From an uncultured virus (IMG/VR IMGVR_UViG_3300028832_000142) (taxonomy: Duplodnaviria; Heunggongvirae; Uroviricota; Caudoviricetes): a stretch of DNA of 64,000 bases. Position 1 is the stretch's first letter. Every line of letters begins with the position of its first letter. The notes below the pieces were generated by a model. The model had not been told where the DNA came from and searched no databases. It was given only the letters and a program-made list of their open reading frames with translations. Where the stretch lies: the IMG/VR virus record IMGVR_UViG_3300028832_000142. One strand, written 5' to 3'. Both the position numbers and the translations under genes were made by a program. This document shows positions 57,590 through 64,000 of this stretch, in pieces.

Positions 57590-57802
57590 ATGAGTAAAAC
57601 AATTAAGAAAATCAAAGACAGTAAGAAAAAAGCAACACTCAGCGTATTAGCTGAGAACATGAATAACGTTGTACAGAATTTGTACAACAACAAAAACGTA
57701 CTTGAAATAAAGTACGAACCGGAGTATTCATATACTCTGTGTAGAGGTAAGGTCTCACGAGAGACCATAGGGTATAAAGTGAAAATAGTTTATACCGAAT
57801 AA
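57590..57802 (+). CDS. 70-aa basic hypothetical protein (antisense to the late operon)
   Basis: GAGGT RBS, own promoter, TTCG-loop terminator. Confidence 0.65.
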   Translation: MSKTIKKIKDSKKKATLSVLAENMNNVVQNLYNNKNVLEIKYEPEYSYTLCRGKVSRETIGYKVKIVYTE

Positions 57803-57832
57803 AGGTTTAGCCCTTCGGGGCTTATACCTTTT
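57801..57832 (+). terminator. Intrinsic terminator
   Basis: AAAGGT..AGCCC-TTCG-GGGCT..ACCTTTT. Confidence 0.7.
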
Positions 57833-57852
57833 ACATATATTATTTTTTTTTT

Positions 57853-58095
57853 TTACATCCCGAACATACCTTTAATACGTTCGGCATTTTGAGCAGCAAC
57901 ATTATAATCGTTCTGATTAATTATACCACGATTCATCATTTGCTGCATTATCTGAGTAGGATTCATACCCATACTAAATAACTGCTGAGCTATTTGCATA
58001 GGCTGCATTCCTTGAGTTTTCATTTGTTGTATCATTGTTAGAGGATCATTTGGATTTTGTTGCTGATTTATCTGAGAATATAATTGGTTCGGCAT
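57853..58095 (-). CDS. Gln/Met-rich small protein of the accessory module
   Basis: (N/Q)P.Q..QQ repeats. Confidence 0.65.
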   Translation of the reverse strand: MPNQLYSQINQQQNPNDPLTMIQQMKTQGMQPMQIAQQLFSMGMNPTQIMQQMMNRGIINQNDYNVAAQNAERIKGMFGM

Positions 58096-58098
58096 AAC

Positions 58099-58503
58099 TT
58101 AATCCTCCTTATCAAATTTTCTGCTAGGTTTTGTATTATTAACAGCTATGACAGGTTTGGTAGCATTAGCCACTATTTCTTTTAACTGCTGTTCAAGCTG
58201 AGCAGCAAATTTATCGAAATCTTCTTTTGTGACATAATACTTCTCTTTTTCGGGTTCAGCCGAAACCGTAGATTCCTGAATAACAGGTGACTGACTTTTC
58301 CTAAAAGTATAATCAAGTATCTGTATACTTGGATTACCAAAATTATCTACAGACTTGATATAAATTATAGGTTGTTCTTTATCCCAGAGAACAACTGTTC
58401 CTCCATATTGTACCGGATATGTATCAACCTGTTGAGGTCCCTGAACCCAAATCATAGGGCTCTGCTGAGGCTGATAATATAAAGGCGGTTGATAAGTGGC
58501 CAT
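58099..58503 (-). CDS. Hypothetical protein of the accessory module
   Basis: WVQG......YPV..G.TV.LWD.E...IYIKS.D..G.P and YVTKEDF. Confidence 0.7.
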   Translation of the reverse strand: MATYQPPLYYQPQQSPMIWVQGPQQVDTYPVQYGGTVVLWDKEQPIIYIKSVDNFGNPSIQILDYTFRKSQSPVIQESTVSAEPEKEKYYVTKEDFDKFAAQLEQQLKEIVANATKPVIAVNNTKPSRKFDKED

Positions 58504-58514
58504 AATATCTCCTT

Positions 58515-58892
58515 TCAATCTGGTCTATGCCAGAAATATATAGGTATTTCTTTAGAAGAATCCCAGCTGTCATAGATGACACCATCAATAACGGTAGCTA
58601 AGTGTGTGCCAAAGCCCAGGACAAATATTCCATAAGGGTTATCATGACAGAAATCATCAGCAGTATAACAGCTGGGACAATAATCAGGTATAATGTGTTT
58701 ACTAAAACCATTGGCTCGTAAAACAGCATCGGTCACCTGATTAGAGGAGGACATATCACACATGTTTTTAGAAAATGATGACAAAAGGTCATGAGCTTTA
58801 TCCCAGTCTAGACCTAAAGCGGCGCATATTGCGCGCACAGCGCAATCACCAACCACACGGCCGCAGGGATTAGGATTGAAATATCTATACAT
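58515..58892 (-). CDS. Cys/His protein of the accessory module (possible papain-like fold)
   Basis: NPNP.G..VGDCAVRA...H...V.DG..YDSWDS. Confidence 0.7.
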   Translation of the reverse strand: MYRYFNPNPCGRVVGDCAVRAICAALGLDWDKAHDLLSSFSKNMCDMSSSNQVTDAVLRANGFSKHIIPDYCPSCYTADDFCHDNPYGIFVLGFGTHLATVIDGVIYDSWDSSKEIPIYFWHRPD

Positions 58893-58910
58893 GTGTGATA
58901 CTCTCCTTTA

Positions 58911-59183
58911 TTACTTTGGTAATGGCGGTATAGAACCAGTAAATATAAATGATTCTAGACCAACTAATTCAAGATCCTTGGCTTTAATCATAGCTACAAC
59001 CCATAAAGTTTTACCGGTTGTTTCGTTGATCTGGCCAGGCAGATCTTTGTAAAACAGTACCATATTATCACCATCATTGCTATCTTCATACTCCATATAA
59101 TCAGCTATTATGGAATACAGATAACCGGTTTTAGTTTTAATATAATACTTTTTTCTTTGTTTCTTCGGTGGCTCTTCATTCAT
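58911..59183 (-). CDS. Hypothetical protein
   Basis: GAGG RBS. Confidence 0.55.
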   Translation of the reverse strand: MNEEPPKKQRKKYYIKTKTGYLYSIIADYMEYEDSNDGDNMVLFYKDLPGQINETTGKTLWVVAMIKAKDLELVGLESFIFTGSIPPLPK

Positions 59184-59186
59184 AGA

Positions 59187-59447
59187 TTATTCCTCAGTGT
59201 TCTCCGCAGGTTCGGCGGGAGTCTGCTGTGTCTGTTCTGCAACAGTGTGAGTAATGTACTCCATCTTACCCTCTACAGTGTCAAGGTTTTCATCAACAAC
59301 CTTAACCATACAGGTAATAACATCGGGAGCATTCCAATAAATCTTACACAGGTCATGGAACTTAACAAAAGCCGCCTGCTTATTCTCACCATGTTCGGTT
59401 TCTACTTTAAAACTGCCGTTAACAACTGAAATTACAGCATATCTCAT
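59187..59447 (-). CDS. Hypothetical protein
   Basis: AAGGAGG RBS. Confidence 0.65.
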   Translation of the reverse strand: MRYAVISVVNGSFKVETEHGENKQAAFVKFHDLCKIYWNAPDVITCMVKVVDENLDTVEGKMEYITHTVAEQTQQTPAEPAENTEE

Positions 59448-59462
59448 TTATTTATCCTCCTT

Positions 59463-62111
59463 TTATGCGTTAAGAATAGCCGTAAGCACCGCGCCTATGG
59501 TGGTCTTGCTTACGTTAGTTCCTGCTGTTATCGTAGCGCCACTGGCAATGGAAGTAGTCACTTTGTAGAAGTCACCTTTCCAAATCATGAACTGATTAGC
59601 CGTGTACGCTCTTGAAGCTGTATTGCCGTTTTCGATGTAATCAACCATATCAGCATTGTCAGCTTTGGAAGTCTCAAGCACATCTACTTCTGCCTGTACA
59701 CTGTCAGCTTTGTTTGCCTTATACACCAGATTGATATTCCCCTCCGCACTGACTCTGTTGTACCCCTTAAGCATCTGCACCGCTACGGGGGTGAGGGTGA
59801 GCTCGATAGGCTCGGCTAAAGCATAGCAGATGGTCTGTCCATTGACAAAAGCCTTAAATAATGTAGCATCACTATAATCGTTATCTGTAACATAAACGTA
59901 ACTGTTACCAGTCGAGCCGCCAATTACGTTGTCGAGCGTTGTTGCTTCGTTACCTGTTACAGTGGGATAACATGAGCATAATATATCATCTACTACGCTC
60001 GCTGATGCCGCATTTTTCTTTCCGGGTAATACAGCGCGGAAAGAGTGCGACAAGCCCGGTATCAGTGACCATGAGATGTCAGAGCTACCCATGTCAATAA
60101 TTACGTGTGTTACCGTAGCCGTGCCATTAGTAAAATCAACGCTTCCGCCGTAGACGGTCTGACCGAAAGCTATGGTTGCAGATGATGATTGATAAGGTGA
60201 AAATTTTTGCGGTGCTTCACCTTTTGTAAACATCGGGCTTATAACAACATCAATTGTTGTCCCATTAACTATTGTAAATAATATAAAGCAGTTTGCTTCA
60301 TCCTGTGATAAAGTAAGAGGTGTATTTGTAGTAGGTGTAAAAGTCAACACTGTGCGCCATGTAGTATTCTGCATCACACGCAAGTTCACCCCTGTTTTCA
60401 ATCCCGATACGCAATATTTTCCCGCTTTATATGTTTTAAGGTTGTCCGTGCCACTTATCGTTGACTGATCTATGCGCAGATTTGCTTCAGCAGTTGCCGT
60501 ACCTTTAACCCTAAACACTCCCCCACCATAATTCGTTACAGTTATACCATTTAACGTGCTTGTGGGCAATTTGGGTTCAAGTAAATTTCCCTCTGACTTA
60601 ACGCTTGTGTCTGTCCTGCCGCTTATGGGGCAAATGTTGGAATAGGGGGCAAAGGTGGCATCGGATACGGTGGCAAGGCGAATCATGGGCTTATATAACA
60701 AACCGCCACTCGGACAGGTGTAACCACTGTTTATACGGATATTATAATAAGCTGATAATGTTTCGCTGATAGTAAACGTACTACCAGTGCCTCTATCATC
60801 ATTTATGCCGCTTATATTATTACCGCCAATAGCATCTCGTATGGTTGCCGAATAAGTGTCAAAAGTGCCGCTTGTCGGACAGCCATTCATTACATAAGTA
60901 TTAGCAGGAATTGTAAACGGTATACCAAGCCATGCTGTTTGTGTAAATGTTCCAGTTATTTTAAAACCTGTTATATCATCATCGGAATCGGTTAATATTT
61001 CAATCTGTCCACCCTGTATTGTATAGACATTACCGCTCCACGTCCCCCATGTATTTGCCGCTTTCACGCTTGCTACTGTCATCGGCAGTTTATTCTTTCC
61101 TGCTCCACCCACCCACGGATTATCATAACCATGCAAGTCCTGTATAGGCTCAAGATTTACTGTAAGAGATTTTGCAGGCAGGGGTAAACTGTCACTTATC
61201 ACTATAGGATTGCCGGAAACACTCTTCTCTTCCTCTATAGCACTCTCTATCATGTCTACTCGATCTTCAAGATCTTGAACTGCATCAGACATAATTGCAA
61301 AATATCCAGAAAGGGTAGCGAGATCTTCTTCGACAAACTTAATTGCAGTTGTGAGATCTACTTCGCTTACTATAGACGGATCCCATGCTGCTCCTGCTGC
61401 ATGATTACTTGTAAATTTGTATAAGCTGTTCTGATAAATAACATAATCGCCTTTTGAATATACTGTAGCAGCATCAAACTGACTACCGATCATGACTTCT
61501 ATATCGGAAATTGTATTATTAATTTCTGTATTAACAGCATTAATAATTTCTTCGACTGTGGTCGTATTTACTTCAAGATTTGACCAAGGATTTCCAGCCG
61601 TATGAGCTGATGCGAACGTATAAAGATCATCTGCATACCATACTATATCACCTACAGCATATGCTTCATCTTCGTCAAACTCGTCGGCGATCATATCTGC
61701 TACTTTATAAATAGCGTCATATATAGCTGCTACATCTACGAAAGCTGAAGTAACGTCGAACTTAAGAACTGGTGTTTCATCAGTTCCAACATTAGCTACG
61801 GCTACATTTGTTCCAGCAGGATATACCTTACCGGAACCGTCTACAAATCTATCATCTGTTGTGAACTGTTCTAACATGTTGTAAGTCCAACCAACCATAT
61901 CTTCAGTAAGAGTTGAAGGAAGCTCGCTGAACTCTATAGAACCATGAAATACATAAGCACCTTTAGTTTTAGATTTCCAATCATCTAAAGCAGCTTTGAG
62001 CTGGAGAAGGAGTACCTCGATACGACTTTCCGGAAATCCGGTATACTCTTCACCATTAATCATACTTAAAAGGATGGCCTCATCTCTACTTTCCGGAAAA
62101 ATATCAGGCAT
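59463..62111 (-). CDS. Large virion structural/decoration protein with carbohydrate-binding-like repeats
   Basis: 882 aa; FPESR.E repeats, Y..GD.V.Y...LY.F...H..G..W repeats, GGAGKN beta-rich domains. Confidence 0.6.
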   Translation of the reverse strand: MPDIFPESRDEAILLSMINGEEYTGFPESRIEVLLLQLKAALDDWKSKTKGAYVFHGSIEFSELPSTLTEDMVGWTYNMLEQFTTDDRFVDGSGKVYPAGTNVAVANVGTDETPVLKFDVTSAFVDVAAIYDAIYKVADMIADEFDEDEAYAVGDIVWYADDLYTFASAHTAGNPWSNLEVNTTTVEEIINAVNTEINNTISDIEVMIGSQFDAATVYSKGDYVIYQNSLYKFTSNHAAGAAWDPSIVSEVDLTTAIKFVEEDLATLSGYFAIMSDAVQDLEDRVDMIESAIEEEKSVSGNPIVISDSLPLPAKSLTVNLEPIQDLHGYDNPWVGGAGKNKLPMTVASVKAANTWGTWSGNVYTIQGGQIEILTDSDDDITGFKITGTFTQTAWLGIPFTIPANTYVMNGCPTSGTFDTYSATIRDAIGGNNISGINDDRGTGSTFTISETLSAYYNIRINSGYTCPSGGLLYKPMIRLATVSDATFAPYSNICPISGRTDTSVKSEGNLLEPKLPTSTLNGITVTNYGGGVFRVKGTATAEANLRIDQSTISGTDNLKTYKAGKYCVSGLKTGVNLRVMQNTTWRTVLTFTPTTNTPLTLSQDEANCFILFTIVNGTTIDVVISPMFTKGEAPQKFSPYQSSSATIAFGQTVYGGSVDFTNGTATVTHVIIDMGSSDISWSLIPGLSHSFRAVLPGKKNAASASVVDDILCSCYPTVTGNEATTLDNVIGGSTGNSYVYVTDNDYSDATLFKAFVNGQTICYALAEPIELTLTPVAVQMLKGYNRVSAEGNINLVYKANKADSVQAEVDVLETSKADNADMVDYIENGNTASRAYTANQFMIWKGDFYKVTTSIASGATITAGTNVSKTTIGAVLTAILNA

Positions 62112-62125
62112 TTGTCCGTACCTCC

Positions 62126-63880
62126 TTATTCAAATAGTTCTTTGTTAAGTTTATATGCAACCCAAGCGTCAAGAAGGGCTGACACATTATCTATCTTCTC
62201 CTCATATCGCTTCTTGAGAAGCTTTCTGTTACCATTTGTATCTTCAAGGGTAACAGCATTACCCATTGCAAATTGCATAAGTGATTGATCAAATATAAGT
62301 TTGCGATCTTCTGCTAAATCTTTTAATTCTCCTAAAGGAACAGACTCTGTTTTAACACCTTGAGGAACTTTTTCTACGCCAAATTCGCTATTCTCAGTAA
62401 TCCAACGTTGAACAAAATCTTTAGCATTGTAAGGATCATATCCAAAACATTCTACAGTATATTCATTATCTTCTATATACTGCATAAGATCTTCGTAAAC
62501 ATCTATCATATCAAGAACTGTGCAATCTAATACAACGAGACTATCTTCAGCCATAAATTCCTCATATTTCTGACGTGCAGCTGAAGGTAATCTTGCAAAT
62601 GTCCTGCTAGAAATATAAGATCTGGCTTTAACACCAAAATCTCCTCTATCAAGAGGGAATAAAAACGTAAAAGCACAGAAGTCGTCACCTTGCGATAAAT
62701 CTGCGCCCATAGCACAAGACATTTTCCAAAAATCATGCTTCTTGTGCGGTATAGTTTCATTATACGTAAAGAAGTACGTATAACCCTCCATTGGTATACC
62801 AAATCTTTTTGCTAAGATATCATTTCTTGCCGCAGGAACATTTTCTGCTCTTTCTACATCTAACAAATAAGTCTCATAACTTACTGTTTGACCTAGATTA
62901 GGATTGGCTTTTAACCATATCTGAGGGTCATACTTTCCTTCTTCTACTTCTTTAACATCGTCTAATCTGTAATACCAGATCGAAATGTGAGGCGCATAAT
63001 ATTGCCCCTTTAAGATGTCAAGAAGCTCCATCTTTATGCTATCGCCAGAACCGTTTCTTACTGTTCCTTCAGATGACATAGCCACTATCAAGTAATCGTC
63101 CATTTTGGACGCTCCTTGCTCTATTGCGCCTATAACATCTTCTTTAATATCTCCCGAAAGCCACTCGTCAACTGTAGAATACTTAGGTCGCAATCCCTGT
63201 AACTTGTCAATTGACATAGGACGAATCTCGAGTAAAGAACCGGTAATGAAATTCTCGATACCCTTTTTTGTAGGGCTTAACTTCATCCTATTTGCTTTGC
63301 TTCCGGTTGTGTTTTGAAGTGAACCTTCTGTAAGAAATTTAAATAGCGGACCTCTTGCCCTAGCTATAGCGGTTCTTATTGGCGATAGGATCTCTTCCGC
63401 CTGCCTCATTGTAGGTGCCGTCGTGATTTGATGGGTAGTAGATGTGTCTATGTTTAATCCATAGTTTTGAATTGTGCTACCGTACATTGATTTAGCGGCG
63501 CCTCGGGCGACGATAAGATACTGTTTCTTTGTAAGCCTATGTTTTACTCTTTTAGTCGTATAATGACCAGGCTTACCATCTTTACCTCTTATAAAAACTT
63601 TTTCATCTGTGAAGTAATACCAGCCCCATATCTCTTCGGCCCATAATTTGAACGAATCTAACAAATATAAGTCTGAGCCGTCAGTAAGGGTTAACTCTCT
63701 TTCACAGAACTTGACCCAACCTTCAACGGCTTGATCGTCATACCAATATCTTGGATCTTCTATCAAAGCATCTATTCGCTGCATTTCAAGAGAGATCATC
63801 TCACATACTGGTATTTCTCCTCTTATTACTTGATCTCTGAATCGTCCATAATATTTGGGGGTGGCTCGATTCGATAGCAT
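62126..63880 (-). CDS. terL: Terminase large subunit
   Basis: VARGAAKS Walker A, VDEW Walker B, GADLSQGDDF, YDPYNA and KIDNVSALLDA nuclease motifs. Confidence 0.93.
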   Translation of the reverse strand: MLSNRATPKYYGRFRDQVIRGEIPVCEMISLEMQRIDALIEDPRYWYDDQAVEGWVKFCERELTLTDGSDLYLLDSFKLWAEEIWGWYYFTDEKVFIRGKDGKPGHYTTKRVKHRLTKKQYLIVARGAAKSMYGSTIQNYGLNIDTSTTHQITTAPTMRQAEEILSPIRTAIARARGPLFKFLTEGSLQNTTGSKANRMKLSPTKKGIENFITGSLLEIRPMSIDKLQGLRPKYSTVDEWLSGDIKEDVIGAIEQGASKMDDYLIVAMSSEGTVRNGSGDSIKMELLDILKGQYYAPHISIWYYRLDDVKEVEEGKYDPQIWLKANPNLGQTVSYETYLLDVERAENVPAARNDILAKRFGIPMEGYTYFFTYNETIPHKKHDFWKMSCAMGADLSQGDDFCAFTFLFPLDRGDFGVKARSYISSRTFARLPSAARQKYEEFMAEDSLVVLDCTVLDMIDVYEDLMQYIEDNEYTVECFGYDPYNAKDFVQRWITENSEFGVEKVPQGVKTESVPLGELKDLAEDRKLIFDQSLMQFAMGNAVTLEDTNGNRKLLKKRYEEKIDNVSALLDAWVAYKLNKELFE

Positions 63881-63892
63881 AGTATCACCTCT

Positions 63893-64000
63893 TTACGTTG
63901 TATGATGCATGGGCCATTTATCGGCTTCCACTCTTATCCTCCAAAGAAGCTCTTCAGCTTTCTTATGTTGAGCATCCAGAACAAACGAATTCTGAGGTGG
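63893..64000 (-). CDS. Partial: C-terminus of a head-tail connector-like protein
   Basis: Hand translation PPQNSFVLDAQHKKAEELLWRIRVEADKWPMHHTT*; PP.(N/S)S...E..WR pattern. Confidence 0.55.
   Translation of the reverse strand, partial: PPQNSFVLDAQHKKAEELLWRIRVEADKWPMHHTT

Larger units (their letters stand above)
1..64000 (-). mobile_element. Tailed dsDNA bacteriophage genome segment (siphovirus-like)
   Basis: Terminase, portal, capsid, tail, tape measure, lysis and replication genes in one co-oriented block; no host housekeeping genes. Confidence 0.97.

Noticed and set aside
1..64000. tRNA genes, integrase, alternative genetic code
   Set aside because: No cloverleaf with T-loop consensus or recombinase motifs noticed; long genes are intact under the standard code

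Overview
The whole window is part of a tailed dsDNA phage genome (siphovirus layout, AT-rich, Firmicutes-type AGGAGG RBS; a Lachnospiraceae/Clostridiales host is an inference). Almost all genes lie on the minus strand. In transcription order (right to left): head-tail connector fragment, large terminase, accessory and head-associated genes, holins, portal, protease-capsid fusion, neck/tail genes, tape measure, tail tip, endolysin, about 19 kb of small early genes built as terminator/promoter-bounded cassettes, then a fused helicase-primase-DNA polymerase, SSB, SF2 helicase, two nucleases and a 929-aa protein. The most notable candidate system is a self-contained phage transcription apparatus with three parts. 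(i) The 929-aa protein carries the two-barrel RNA polymerase catalytic motif GADFDGD plus N- and C-terminal HTHs. (ii) At least 21 copies of a non-sigma70 promoter-like element TTT(T/A)CA-N5-TATAAT precede the early genes and the polymerase operon. (iii) The polymerase shares an N-terminal (I/L)xHxG leader with six small basic proteins of the virion gene region, and similar sites punctuate the capsid precursor, suggesting capsid targeting and virion packaging. Also seen: a separate late-gene motif (TTTCATCAAAATG), a strand-polarised octamer (CGTCCGTA) and candidate structured RNAs. No integrase, tRNA, CRISPR array or reverse transcriptase was recognised. Family assignments come from motif recognition by eye, not database searches.
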